In this document: positions 52,582 to 63,607 of the stretch, piece by piece
Layout of the letters: the number at the start of each line of letters is the position of its first letter
Numbering within the stretch: the stretch's first letter is position 1
Origin: an uncultured Planctomycetota bacterium
Lineage (GTDB): Bacteria; Planctomycetota; Planctomycetia; Pirellulales; Lacipirellulaceae
DNA: 64,000 bases
Reading direction: 5' to 3'
Assembly (NCBI GenBank): GCA_963719315.1
Contig: CAVRBU010000011.1
Coordinates: 32,001-96,000, forward strand
Notes under the pieces: model-generated
The model's input: only the letters and a program-made list of their open reading frames with translations
Databases searched by the model: none
Told to the model about the DNA's origin: nothing
Program-made: the position numbers and the translations under genes

Positions 52582-53859
52582 CTACACGCCACCCGCAATC
52601 AGCGCAATATTCTGCCCGCCGAAGCCGAAGCTGTTGGTGAGGATCGTGCGGACCTGCTTGTCGCGGGCGGCGTTGGGGATGTAGTCGAGGTCGCACTGCG
52701 GGTCGGGTGTTTCGTAGTTGATCGTCGGCGGCACCACGCCGTCGCGGATCGCCATCAGGCTGATGATCAATTCCGTCGCCCCGGCGGCGGCGATCAGGTG
52801 GCCCGTCATGCTCTTCGTGCTGGAGACGGGCACTTTGTAGGCCACGTCGGCGCCGAGCGCTTCCTTGATCGCCAGTGACTCGACGCGGTCGTTCACTTGC
52901 GTACTGGTCCCGTGGGCATTGATGTAGTCGATGTCGGCCGGGTTCTTTTGGGCATCGCGGAGGGCCATCTTCATGCACGTGATCGCCCCACGGCCTTCGG
53001 GGTGTGTATCCGTGATGCGGAAGGCGTCGGCCGTGGTGCCGTAGCCGAGGATTTCGCCATACATCGGTGCGCCGCGTTTCTTGGCGTGCTCGTAATCTTC
53101 GAGGACCACGACAGCGGCGCCTTCGCCGAGGATGAAGCCGTCGCGGTTGAGGTCGAATGGGCGCGACGCCTTTCGGGGTGCCGCGTTGTTCTCGGAAAGG
53201 GCCGTCAGCAGATTGAAGCCCGTGACACCGAACGGATGGATCATGCTGTGAGCGCCGCCGGAGAGCATGACGTCGGCCTCGCCGCGGCGGATGATCTCGG
53301 TCGCCTCGCCGACGGCCTGGCTGCTGGCCGCGCAGGCGGTGAGGCAGTTGAAGTTCGGGCCTTCCGCGCCGAAATGCGTGGCGACGTAGGCCACCGGCAT
53401 ATTCGGTTCCTGTTCGAGCTCCAGTTGCGGGTCGAGACGCTTGAGACCTTCCTGGATGAACGCTGCCAAGTCCAGCTCGCCATCCTTGAGAGCGGCGACC
53501 ATCATGTGGCTGAAGTTGTAAAAATCCTGCTGCCCTTCGCCGGCGCCGAGATAAACGCCGAAGCGGTCGGGCTCGACCGTTCCCAATACGCCCGAGTCGT
53601 TCACCGCCTGCCGCGCCGCTCCGATCGCGAACTTCGTGTGGCGGCCACGCTTTTCCCATGCCTTGGGGTCTTCGCCAACGTCGGAGAGCGACCAATCGCG
53701 GACCTCGGCCGAAATACGGGTCGGAAAATTGCTGGCGTCGAACAGCGTCGTGTAATCGACGCCCGACTTGCCCTCTTTGAGGTTCGCCCACAACTGCGGC
53801 ACCGTGGCGCCCAGCGGCGTTACTACGCCCATGCCGGTTACAACGACTCGTCGTCTCAT
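52582..53859 (-). CDS. fabF: Beta-ketoacyl-ACP synthase II family protein
   Basis: RRVVVTGMG, TACAAS, INAHGTST, KSMTGH, NSFGFGG. Confidence 0.93.
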   Translation of the reverse strand: MRRRVVVTGMGVVTPLGATVPQLWANLKEGKSGVDYTTLFDASNFPTRISAEVRDWSLSDVGEDPKAWEKRGRHTKFAIGAARQAVNDSGVLGTVEPDRFGVYLGAGEGQQDFYNFSHMMVAALKDGELDLAAFIQEGLKRLDPQLELEQEPNMPVAYVATHFGAEGPNFNCLTACAASSQAVGEATEIIRRGEADVMLSGGAHSMIHPFGVTGFNLLTALSENNAAPRKASRPFDLNRDGFILGEGAAVVVLEDYEHAKKRGAPMYGEILGYGTTADAFRITDTHPEGRGAITCMKMALRDAQKNPADIDYINAHGTSTQVNDRVESLAIKEALGADVAYKVPVSSTKSMTGHLIAAAGATELIISLMAIRDGVVPPTINYETPDPQCDLDYIPNAARDKQVRTILTNSFGFGGQNIALIAGGV

Positions 53860-53891
53860 GTGATCACCTTGGTCATTAAACCGCGTACTTC

Positions 53892-54416
53892 TCAAAAAAA
53901 TGGGGGTAATCTTCCAGTTTCAAACGTGTGCCGTCCGGTCGGACGCCGACGTTCGAAGACGCCGACGACGCGGATCCAGGCGCGGAGGTCGTCGGCGTTG
54001 AAGAGGACGCGACCGCGAGTATTCTCCGAAGAATCGGCATCGTAGCGGGCGAAGAAGATGTCAGCTTCGGAAAACGGCTGGCCGTCGATTTCGCCCGTCA
54101 CGGTCACCGACGCGCCGACATCTTTCGCCTGCTCGATTTTCGCATGGTAGCGAATCGTGTCGCCGGGCCGGGCTTCGCCTTCGATGCTGCACTTGGAGAA
54201 CTTCGCGAGGACCACCAGCTCACTGAACTTGTAGATCTCGCTCACCAACAGCCCGCCGCATTGGGCCATCCCCTCGGCCACCAGCGAGTTGGGCATGATC
54301 GGGTATTCGGGCCAATGCTCGTGCAGATGGTCTTCGCTGAGCGAGACGCATTTCACCGCGGTGGCGTGCGAGCCGCTGACGAACTCGGTAAAGCGGTCGA
54401 GCCAGAACCAACGCAT
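53892..54416 (-). CDS. FabZ/FabA-like dehydratase, non-canonical copy
   Basis: MRWFWLDR, HWPEYPIMPNSLVAEGMAQ, ARPGD. Confidence 0.85.
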   Translation of the reverse strand: MRWFWLDRFTEFVSGSHATAVKCVSLSEDHLHEHWPEYPIMPNSLVAEGMAQCGGLLVSEIYKFSELVVLAKFSKCSIEGEARPGDTIRYHAKIEQAKDVGASVTVTGEIDGQPFSEADIFFARYDADSSENTRGRVLFNADDLRAWIRVVGVFERRRPTGRHTFETGRLPPFF

Positions 54417-54567
54417 GGGTGTTGTTACCGCATCAATTCAAATCGGCCACAGAAAATGATTTGTCATTGGTAATTTGTCATTTGAAATTGGCCATTTCGG
54501 AACTGCACTACCAGGCGCTCTGAAATGACCAAATCACCATTTCAAATTTGCAATGACCAATTTCCCA

Positions 54568-54963
54568 TTACGCGGCAAGCTTGTGCTCGACGAAATTGCA
54601 CATATCCTGCACGGTGAGCTGCTTGCCGAGGTTTTGCACGCTTGGGTCGGCCGCGAACCCAGACAAGTCGGCAAACGGCATCCGTTCTTTGAGCTTGGCG
54701 AGGCCGGCGGCGTTGACTTTGCCTTCCTCGACGTATTCGGTGTTCGTGAGGATGTCTTCCGGAAAGAGCTCGCCGCGCTCGATCTTGATTCCGAACGCTT
54801 TTTCCAGGCGAAACACGATGTCGAGAAAGTCGATCGACTCGGCGCCCAGGTCGCCTTGCAGTGTGGCTTTGGGCGTGACCTCTTCCTCATCCACACCCAG
54901 CGCATCGACGAGCGCCTCTTGCACCTTGGTGAAAATCTCTGATTTCGACGATACCGTGGACAT
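54568..54963 (-). CDS. Elongated acyl carrier protein (131 aa)
   Basis: DLGAESIDFLDIVFRLEKAFGIKI with a long insertion before the TV.D C-terminal helix. Confidence 0.9.
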   Translation of the reverse strand: MSTVSSKSEIFTKVQEALVDALGVDEEEVTPKATLQGDLGAESIDFLDIVFRLEKAFGIKIERGELFPEDILTNTEYVEEGKVNAAGLAKLKERMPFADLSGFAADPSVQNLGKQLTVQDMCNFVEHKLAA

Positions 54964-55004
54964 CGCAGTATGTTCCTCCGAATAGGTTTTCGCTCACCGC
55001 CTTG

Positions 55005-55496
55005 CTATCGGGCGGAGGCTGCCAACGCCGCGGGCAGAATCAACTTCTGCATACGGCGGAAATTGTTCGTGATCTTTTCGTCGATATCGCGGAGCGTCGG
55101 GTCGCGGTCGACAAGGTTGTAACGTTGCAGGACGATGCGACCGCTCAGGGTTTGGCGGTCGCCGATCTGGCCATCGACTTTGAACGTGGCCAGACGGTCG
55201 TCCTTTTTTAACATCGACACCGTGATATCCAGCGATTGCCCGGGTCCCACGAAGTCGGCGTACTTTATGTTCTTGGCTTCCTTTAACGAGATTACGCTAT
55301 GGGCAAAGTCTTCGCTAAGTCTCAAAAGCCACGCGCCAGCTTGCGTGGCAGCTTCTAGCATAAACACGCCCGGCAGCACGGGGAACTCCGGGAAGTGGTC
55401 GCCCAAATATTCTTCAGTGAGCGTGACGTTTTTGACGGCCGCTAGCTCGACATCCGGCTCGAATGATCGGATTTTATCGAGCATCCAAAAACGCAT
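55005..55496 (-). CDS. FabZ-like 3-hydroxyacyl-ACP dehydratase
   Basis: MRFWMLDK, DHFPEFPVLPGVFMLEA. Confidence 0.9.
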   Translation of the reverse strand: MRFWMLDKIRSFEPDVELAAVKNVTLTEEYLGDHFPEFPVLPGVFMLEAATQAGAWLLRLSEDFAHSVISLKEAKNIKYADFVGPGQSLDITVSMLKKDDRLATFKVDGQIGDRQTLSGRIVLQRYNLVDRDPTLRDIDEKITNNFRRMQKLILPAALAASAR

Positions 55497-55734
55497 GGCT
55501 TCAAAAATGCGGTTAAATTCGCCTCGAAAAAGTCCAACTCGAACGGTCCGAAGGAGCCAATCTCAGCCAGGCCGCTCCCCGCTGCCAGCTAAATCTACTC
55601 CCAATGTGGAACGGTGGTTTGGGGGGAATAGCGAACTACGGATTATAACCGGCTGGCTGGGAGGCTTCAACAGTCGTTTCTGTCGCACGGTTTAGGGGAA
55701 AGGCCCGGGTCGGGCAAGGCGGGAAAGTGAATCG

Positions 55735-55806
55735 GGGGGCTGGGGTCGAGCCGAAGGCGAGCCCCCAGTGCAATTGGAGGATCGCTGCGCTCGACCCCAG
55801 CCACCC
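55735..55806. repeat. REP-like palindrome
   Basis: GGCTGGGGTCGAGC...GCTCGACCCCAGCC. Confidence 0.7.
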
Positions 55807-55810
55807 TTCG

Positions 55811-57126
55811 TTACACGGCACGCGACCGCTTTCGGCCCTTAGGCCGGAACCTTTCGCGGATTTGGCCCACCACTTCCACCAGCAGGTCAACTTCCGCCGG
55901 CGTGTTGTAGAGATAAAAGCTCGCCCGGGTGCTAGCGGTGATTCCCAGCCGATCGTGCAGCGGTTGCGTGCAATGGTGGCCGGCGCGAACGGCGATGCCC
56001 TGCTCGTCGAGTAATTGGGCGATGTCGTGCGCATGTGGCTCGGGCAGCGTGAAGCTCACCAGGCCGGCGCGATGATCGGCGCGGGCCCGAGGATATGCAG
56101 TCCGTCGATTCCAAGAAGCCGTTCGTAGGCGTACCGGCACAACTCATGTTCGTGCCGCGCCACTTTTTCAAGGCCGATGAGTTTGAGGTAGTCGATCGCC
56201 GCGCCCAGCGCGATGGCCGGTGCGATCGGCGGCGTGCCGGCTTCGAACTTGGCCGGCAACTCCGCCGACGTAAAGTGATCGGGCCACACCCGGTTAATCA
56301 TGCTGCCGCCGCCCATGAAGGGCGGCGTGGCGTCGAGCAACTCCTCGCGGCCATACAGCACTCCGATGCCAGTCGGCGCGAGCATCTTGTGGCCGCTGAA
56401 AGCCAGAAAGTCGGCGCCCAGTTCGCGCACATTTGTCGGCAAGTGCGGCACGCTTTGAGCTGCGTCCACCAACACAACCGCCCCGGCCGCATGCGCCCGG
56501 CGGGCAATTTCCTTGACTGGGTTAATCGTGCCGAGAACATTCGAAACCGAGGCAACAGCGACAATCTTGGTGCGGCTGGTAAGGAGCGAATCTAGCGCGT
56601 CGAGAATCAACAGGCCATCATCCGTAATCGGAATATGTTTCAGCACCGCTCCACTTCGCTCGGCTAGCTGCTGCCACGGCACCAGATTCGAATGGTGCTC
56701 CATCGTGGTGACGAGGATTTCGTCGCCCGCGCGCACGTTCGCGTCGCCCCAACTGCGGGCCACGAGGTTCATGCCGGCCGTCGTGCCAGAAGTAAAAATG
56801 ATCTCCAGCGCCTTCTCGGCGCCTACGAATGCGCGGACTGTTTCACGCGCCTCTTCGTACTGCTCGGTGCTGCGTTCGCTCAGCGTATGGATGCCGCGAT
56901 GCACGTTCGCATAATCGCGCTCATACACGCGGCGTAACACATCAATCACCTGCCGCGGCCGCTGCGTGCTGGCCGCGTTGTCGAGAAATACGAGAGGGTG
57001 ATCGCCGTGGACCACCTGCTGCAGAATCGGAAAGTCGTCGCGCAACGACGGCGGAAGCAACTTCGAGTAGTCGATACCCGCAGTAGATTTCTCAGACGCT
57101 CGGCCAATTGAATCAATAGCGGTCAC
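55811..57126 (-). CDS. sufS: SufS cysteine desulfurase, frameshifted at about 56080
   Basis: FLDNAASTQ, NVHRG, MEHHSN, VDAAQ, FSGHKM, FEAGTP; next frame AVRAGHHCTQP, RASFYLYN. Confidence 0.92.
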
Positions 57127-57250
57127 GTGCACCTGCCAATGTGGCCCGTGAAGGCCAATGATTGCAGATTGCAAAATGCAAATTGAAAAGTGCAAAATTG
57201 GAAGTCTGCAATTTTCATTTTGCAATTCTCAATTTGCATTTTTCAATCTC

Positions 57251-57655
57251 CTACGGCACTTTCCCATCTTTGCCCACCGGCGAGTGCACCGCCGATTGCA
57301 GTACCTTCCAAGAGAGCAAGCAACACTTCTGCCGGTTCGGGGTCAGGCGGGCGCCGTACAGTACCAGCATGTCTTTGGCCGAGAACTGTTTGGCGTCTTC
57401 GACCGTTTTCCCCTGCATTTTTTCGAGCAACATCGAAGCCGACGCCTGGCTGATGACGCAGCCCTGCCCCGTGAAATAGGCGTCGCAAATTTTGCCGTCT
57501 TCGCCCAATGCCAACTCGATCCGCACCACATCGCCGCAGAGCGGGTTGTTGTCTTCGTGGGCGTGCGTCGCAGTCGGCAGGTGCCCACGATGGAACGGGT
57601 CCTCGTAATGGTCGAGGATGTGTTCCTGGTAGAGCTCTTCTTCGTCGAGGGGCAT
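57251..57655 (-). CDS. sufU: SufU/IscU-like Fe-S assembly protein
   Basis: LYQEHILDHY, NPLCGD, GCVISQASAS, R.KC.LL.W. Confidence 0.92.
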   Translation of the reverse strand: MPLDEEELYQEHILDHYEDPFHRGHLPTATHAHEDNNPLCGDVVRIELALGEDGKICDAYFTGQGCVISQASASMLLEKMQGKTVEDAKQFSAKDMLVLYGARLTPNRQKCCLLSWKVLQSAVHSPVGKDGKVP

Positions 57656-57867
57656 CGGCTTGTGCAAACGGGAAAACTGCAGTATCGCCATAAGGTAGTT
57701 TACGTTTGTTGGCATACAGCGACAACGGGCTGCGATGAGTGGCGACATACTGTGTTTAGGACACGAGAAAAAACTTGCCGTTCGCCAACCAGCATGTTAT
57801 TCTTAAAACCTCTTTTTTGCTGCTCTATCGAGTTTTCTGGGTCATTAATGGTATAAGGGGCGAAGTG

Positions 57868-60199
57868 ATGAACGCTCGGCCAATCACGTGGCGAGTTGCA
57901 GCGGTTTCGATGATTGTCGTAGCGGTTTGTTTCTGCTCGGCGGCTGACGCGCAGCGCAACAAGTCGAAGTATAAAACGGGCGACCGAGTCGAAGTGAAAG
58001 ACGGTTTCGACTGGAAGCCAGCCACGGTCGTCAGCGTCGACAGTTTTTCAGGGTGGGTCGAAGCGCGCCCCGATTTGCCGCCCGGCACGGCACAATTTCG
58101 GGGTCCGGGGAAGGGGCGAAAGTTTCCGCCAAGCAGCGTTCGGGCCGGCAGCGCGGTCCTTGGCGATACGACAGCGCAATCCACGCCGGACCGGCCGATG
58201 CGCAAGTGGTCGGACAAGACAGGCAAATTCAGTATCGATGCGCGCTATCAAGAAACGAATGGCGACAAGGTCGCGCTCGTGAAGGCGGATGGCAATCGGA
58301 TCGAAGTTCCGATCGCAAAGCTTTCGGACGAAGATAACCGATACCTGAAAGAATTGAACGATGCAGCCGAAAGTCCGTTCCAGGAAGTAGGCGGAGCGTC
58401 TTCGGCCGCTGCCCCAGGCGCCTCGCCAAGTCCGTCCGCGCAAGTAAATGCTAAGAAGGCGAATTGGAACGGCGCGAAGTTGGTTCAACCGCAAACTTTC
58501 AAGAATTGGAGTTTCACGCCGCCGGCGCCGAAAGGACAGGTACTGCCGTCTTCAAGTATTGGTGACGCCAACGTCACGTTGACCGACATTCCCGATTCGC
58601 AAAAGTTCTTTGAGGATATAGAAGGCATCTATGCCTCAAGCGACGGGAATCGCGTGGTAGTCTGCCGGAATAAGGGAGAGGTATCGCAAGACAAGGAGTT
58701 GTACCTGGAAATCGTCAACGTCGGGAAACGGCAGGCCGGCGGCTTGATCCAGTTGCCCGATACGACGCTCGCGCTCGACGTGAATGCCGACGCCACCCTG
58801 ATCATGTTGCGCCCGGCCGTATTTGGTTCCGGCGAAAACGGGATGCTGACCATCGCCCGGTTCGACGCCGGCAGAGTGACGCCGGTGCAGCAATGGGAAC
58901 CTTATTCCGAAGAAGATTTTGCGCCGTCACGTGACATCGATAAAGCGTGGTTCCTCAGTGAAAACCGCGTTATGACGATCAACGGTCATGGCAGGGCGCT
59001 CACGATCTGGGATGTGGAGTCCTGCAAAGCACTTATCAACATCCCAGTCGGCGTTTCGTTCGCTTTGCAACTTTCACTGAGCCCGGACCGCCAACTTCTG
59101 GCCGTGATTATGAGCGAGGGGATTGCCATCATCGACGTGGCTGCCGGGCGCCACGTCGCGACGGTTCCCACGCAGGGACGTCGCTACACCAAGGTGGCGA
59201 TCCGCAACGATAACACGAAGCTGGCCGGCCTGTCGGACGAGGGTGTTACCGTGTGGAACCTTTCGGACGGAAAAGTCATGAGCGAGTTTTACACCACATC
59301 ATTGGGGTGGCACACCGGATTGCAATGGACCGGCGACTACCTGCTGGCCGATAGCAAATACCTGTTCGACGTCGAGCGTCGCATCCTACTCTGGGAGTAT
59401 CAGGATCCACCAGGCACCGGCGTCACGGCCGAACTCCAAAACGGGCGACTCTACGCCGTTGCCAAACCAAGCAGCGACAAGGGCAATATCACACTAGTCT
59501 CGGCGGCCATTCCCAATGAGGCGGCTATCGAGCAAGCGAAGAGTTTGCCCCCCGCCGAGGCGCTGCTCGTCGTCAAGCCGGGCGATCCAGTCTCGATCGA
59601 GGTGGATATCGACCCCAGCGTTAATCTGGCGGATGAAATTCAGAAGGCGCAGGACGCTAAAGCCAAAAAAGCAAACGGGCAGGACAAGGACGAAAAGATC
59701 GTCTATTTGAATCCGAACGGCGCAAAACGACGTCATTCGGCAAATTCTTACCAACGCTTTGGAAACCGCTGGCTTGAAAGTTGTTGAACACGCGGACCTG
59801 AAAGTGAAGGCGGTCTGCAAGCCGCAGCCCCCGCAAACCATCCGCATTCGAGTCGACAATCGCTTTCCGCCCCGCCCCGAAGACATCCAAGAACGCTCGA
59901 TAACGCCTCACGCGACCTACTTGGAAATGTCGCTCAAGGACGAGGTGTTGTGGAAACGCGGGTTTGTTGCCCAGCCTCACATGACCATTTGGATGCAAGA
60001 GGGAGAAACCCTCGACCAGGCTCTGGAGCGCATGACGAAACCCAATGTTGCGCTGCTGACAAATGCAAGATTCAGCCCGTATGTGGCCCAGCCTGGTAAG
60101 GCTACGCCCAACGGTGCCTACGGTGTTTCTCAGTTCACGACACACGGCTTGGTCAACGGTAAATCGTCGACCGGTAAAGTTCGTACGTCGTTTGAGTGA
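57868..60199 (+). CDS. Secreted protein with Tudor/Agenet-like, SHD1 and WD40-like domains, frameshifted at about 59722
   Basis: Signal peptide; YKTGDRVEV; RKWSDKTGKFSIDA...VPIAKLSDEDNRYL (SHD1); LSLSPD and T.WD/WN repeats; the frame continues in 59759..60199. Confidence 0.8.
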
Positions 60200-60211
60200 G
60201 CATTTTCGAGG

Positions 60212-60967
60212 CTAGTGGCCGGCTGAAAGGCTGATCGCTGCGGCCAGCGCGATCGCGGCCGTTTCGACGCGCAGGATCCGCGGCCCGAGTGAGACCTGCT
60301 GCCAACCGGCGGCAGTGGCGGCCGCGACTTCGGCGTCCGTCAGTCCACCTTCAGGGCCGATTGCGAGCTGTGTCGGGAGCGGTTCGCAGAGGTTGAACTC
60401 TTGTAGGGGTTGGCCACTGGGATGCGCCAAAAGGCGACGCCGCGCCGCTGGGGGCTCGCTGACCACGGCGGCCGTGGTGCCCGTCAACCCCGGCCACCCG
60501 GGTGCGATCCATTCGTTCCAGGTTTGCTGTGTGGCGATTCGCATCAGGCGATTGCGCCCGCATTGCTTGGCCGCTTCGATCACACTTCGGCTCAATCGCT
60601 CCGCGGCGCTATTTGTTGGCTGGGCGACGCCGCGCTCGGTGACGAGCGGCACGAGTGTCGCCACGCCGAGCTCCGTCAGTTTTTCCACCATCCACTTCTG
60701 CCGATCCCCCTTCGGCAGCGCGACACCGATCGCGAGCGTAAACGGCAATTCGCGGTTCACTTCCCGGCGTTCGACGATTCGCACCACGGCATCGGCGCGG
60801 CGCACCGATTCGACAACCGCCTCGAACTCCGCGCCCGAATTGTCGAAGAGCGTCACCGGCGCCCCCGCCGCCGCCCGCATCACGTGCAACAGATGATGCG
60901 CTTCGGGTCCATCGAGCGTGATGCGCTCGGTGGTAATTGGTTGCGAGGAGAAGAAGCGGTCGGACAT
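60212..60967 (-). CDS. rsmE: 16S rRNA m3U1498 methyltransferase
   Basis: HL..VMR, EK.TELGV, EAAKQCGR, IGPEGG, LGPRILRVETA. Confidence 0.96.
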   Translation of the reverse strand: MSDRFFSSQPITTERITLDGPEAHHLLHVMRAAAGAPVTLFDNSGAEFEAVVESVRRADAVVRIVERREVNRELPFTLAIGVALPKGDRQKWMVEKLTELGVATLVPLVTERGVAQPTNSAAERLSRSVIEAAKQCGRNRLMRIATQQTWNEWIAPGWPGLTGTTAAVVSEPPAARRRLLAHPSGQPLQEFNLCEPLPTQLAIGPEGGLTDAEVAAATAAGWQQVSLGPRILRVETAAIALAAAISLSAGH

Positions 60968-61147
60968 GAGAGGGCTCTCGGCAGTCAGCTATCAGCTATC
61001 GGCCAGACTGCTCGATTCTAGCCGATAGTCGATAGCCAACGGCCGACAGCTAGCACAGTCATTAAAGTGCGAGCAACGAATCCGCCGACGATGACGAAAT
61101 AGCAAGACTATCGATTCGTTTCGCAACATGGGCCGGAAAGACGCAAT

Positions 61148-61981
61148 ATGGACCACACACAACCGCTCCCGTTGGAATTCTGGGGGCTGGATCGCTGGCC
61201 ATTCCGTGGCTCCCGCGCCGCCGGCCAATTCTATCCGACCGCCGGCCACAACGAAGCGCTCGCCCGAATCGAATACTTGGTTGCGAGCCGCCGCCGGCTC
61301 GGCGCCCTTCTCGGCGAGCCCGGCGTTGGCAAGTCGCTCGTCCTGAGGCTGGCCGCAGAACAGTTGGCCCGCAAAGGCGCCGCCGCCGTCGTGGTCGATG
61401 CACTCGGAGCGTCGACGCGCGAAGTTCTTTGGCATATCGCCTGCGGCCTGCGGACCGCCCCGCGCGAGGATGCCGACGTCAGTTGGCTGTGGCGGCAGAT
61501 TGCCGATCGGGTCGTCGAAAATCGGATGCAGCAAGTCGCAACGGTCGTGCTGGTCGACGACGCTGGCCAGGCCGGCCCGGACCTCATGACACAATTCGTG
61601 CGCCTGACGCGACTCGACGCCACGCCGGACGCCCGCTGGACACTGGTGCTTGCCGCCGAACCCGCCCAGGCGGCGCGGTGGAGCGAATCGCTTCGCTCCG
61701 CCGTCGACTTGCGAATCGAGCTCGCGCCGTGGGCGGCCGAAGACACGGTGGGTTACGTGCAAACCGCGCTCGTCGAAGCCGGCCGCATGGAACCCCTCTT
61801 CAACGATGATTCGCTGCGAGCGCTGCACGAGCTGTCGGCCGGCGTTCCGAGGCAAGTGGCGCGGTTGGCCGACTATGCCCTGCTCGGTGGCGCGGCGGCG
61901 AAGGTCGACGGGATCGACGCGGCGCTCATCGAAGCGGCGTATGATGAAATCGCGTGGCCCTCGTTGGTGACGGCGTATTAG
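61148..61981 (+). CDS. ExeA/GspA-like AAA ATPase
   Basis: HNEALARI, GEPGVGKS, VLVDDA, GVPRQV. Confidence 0.85.
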   Translation: MDHTQPLPLEFWGLDRWPFRGSRAAGQFYPTAGHNEALARIEYLVASRRRLGALLGEPGVGKSLVLRLAAEQLARKGAAAVVVDALGASTREVLWHIACGLRTAPREDADVSWLWRQIADRVVENRMQQVATVVLVDDAGQAGPDLMTQFVRLTRLDATPDARWTLVLAAEPAQAARWSESLRSAVDLRIELAPWAAEDTVGYVQTALVEAGRMEPLFNDDSLRALHELSAGVPRQVARLADYALLGGAAAKVDGIDAALIEAAYDEIAWPSLVTAY

Positions 61982-62008
61982 GGGGCCCGGCGATGCGTAG
62001 CATCGCGG

Positions 62009-63607
62009 CTATTCCGGCTGACTTGCGACATTACGCAAATCAGCGATTTTCTCACGCAGGAATGCCGCTTGCTTCTTTAGTTCGTTGCGATCGATTTCTA
62101 CACGTTTAAGTATCTTCTCGCTCGACGAATGAATCGTCTCCGCAAACTTTTGAACTTCGTCTAAGTTTCCGGCGCGTTTTTCAATCTCATTGATTGATTT
62201 GTCGATTGCATTGAAGTCTGCTGTCGCATTTTCGTTTAACCGTGATTGGCGGACGCATAGCCCGCGCGCAATATCGAATGCCGACGAAAGATGAATGTCT
62301 GTTGCGGGATCCTCGGCGTCCCAAATAACAAAAATGTCACATCCGATGCGAGAAATCGAACGAAGGTGGATCGGAGCGGTTTTCTTCGAATACACAAACA
62401 CCCCAATTTGCGCCTGACGATTCTTTCGGGCTATTTCAATTTCTACGCGAGCTTTGTCCAAGGCATAGCCTTCACGTTCTTTGGCCTCAAATACAATTTT
62501 TGCGTGTGGTGCTGCACTCTCTGGCCCTAATTCAACTACAACGTCGCCGACAACTCTGCCCTTCATCTGGCCGGTCTTAGAACCTGTATGCTCGGCGATA
62601 TCTCCGAGTTCATTTGCTTGCCTTAATATCAATTGTAGAACTGCATCCTCAAACTTTATTCCATGTCTTGGGGTTCCAGCTTCGATTTCGCGCGTTGTGG
62701 TCAGTTTTTGAAGAGCTAGCTTTACTTCCTCTTGAAACTCAGCATTAGTTTTGACGTGTGCTTCGAGTACCGTCATCATTTCGCGCTTTAACTTCGACAA
62801 GCAGGATGTATCGTTATCCAGCGAGAATTCGTTCGTGATCGTGCGCTGGGCTTGCGTCACGTTCTGCACGAGTCGGCTTAGTGCCGAGCCCTCCTCGTTC
62901 AACGAGAACTCTTTGATCACCGAGTCGATTTTGGTTTGTAGCGCCTTACCAACGTCGCCGTGGTTCGCGGTGAGCTCGCTCAGCAGCCGGGCCAGAGCGC
63001 TCTCCTTATTGTCGAGCGAAAATTCTTTAAGAACGCTATCTCGATGCTGACCTAACTGATGTTCGAATGAACCTCGGAGAGTGGCGATTAATCCTTCTGA
63101 CTGTTTTGGATCGAGATGCTTCATCAACGGTGAAATTTGCTTCACGATCGTTCGAGCCAACTGAGAATTCTCTCCGTCAATGAAACCTTTGATTAAGGCG
63201 GCGAGCTCCCCGTCCTGAGCAACAAGCCTCTGAACCCGACTTTCAAATCGTCCATCTTTCGGATCGAAATAGTCCTTCAACTTAACTTCAATTTGTTCCT
63301 GTACAGCGTTCTTATGCTGATCAAATGTCTTTTGAAGGCCGTTCACAACACGATCACCTTCGCGACGAATTGCATCAGCGCTTATCTGCCCGCCTACATG
63401 GCGTAAGGCGAGAATTCCAATCTTTATTGCTTCCACAGCGTATTGATTGCGGGCGTCGCCTTCGGGGTATTCGACGAGCGCTCGAATGATCTCGGGATCG
63501 TCGATCAGCAGTTCCAACGGCAATTGGATGGGCAGATCGCCGTCGGCATTGTCGACGGTGTGGCTGCCGTTCGTCATTGGCGACCTGCGCTCAACCGTGG
63601 CGGACAT
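62009..63607 (-). CDS. Coiled-coil protein with internal repeats and a putative PD-(D/E)XK nuclease domain (RmuC/DUF2130-like)
   Basis: HGIKFE...GDVVVE...IVFEAK; three EFSL(D/N) repeats; visibly AT-richer than its neighbours. Confidence 0.7.
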   Translation of the reverse strand: MSATVERRSPMTNGSHTVDNADGDLPIQLPLELLIDDPEIIRALVEYPEGDARNQYAVEAIKIGILALRHVGGQISADAIRREGDRVVNGLQKTFDQHKNAVQEQIEVKLKDYFDPKDGRFESRVQRLVAQDGELAALIKGFIDGENSQLARTIVKQISPLMKHLDPKQSEGLIATLRGSFEHQLGQHRDSVLKEFSLDNKESALARLLSELTANHGDVGKALQTKIDSVIKEFSLNEEGSALSRLVQNVTQAQRTITNEFSLDNDTSCLSKLKREMMTVLEAHVKTNAEFQEEVKLALQKLTTTREIEAGTPRHGIKFEDAVLQLILRQANELGDIAEHTGSKTGQMKGRVVGDVVVELGPESAAPHAKIVFEAKEREGYALDKARVEIEIARKNRQAQIGVFVYSKKTAPIHLRSISRIGCDIFVIWDAEDPATDIHLSSAFDIARGLCVRQSRLNENATADFNAIDKSINEIEKRAGNLDEVQKFAETIHSSSEKILKRVEIDRNELKKQAAFLREKIADLRNVASQPE

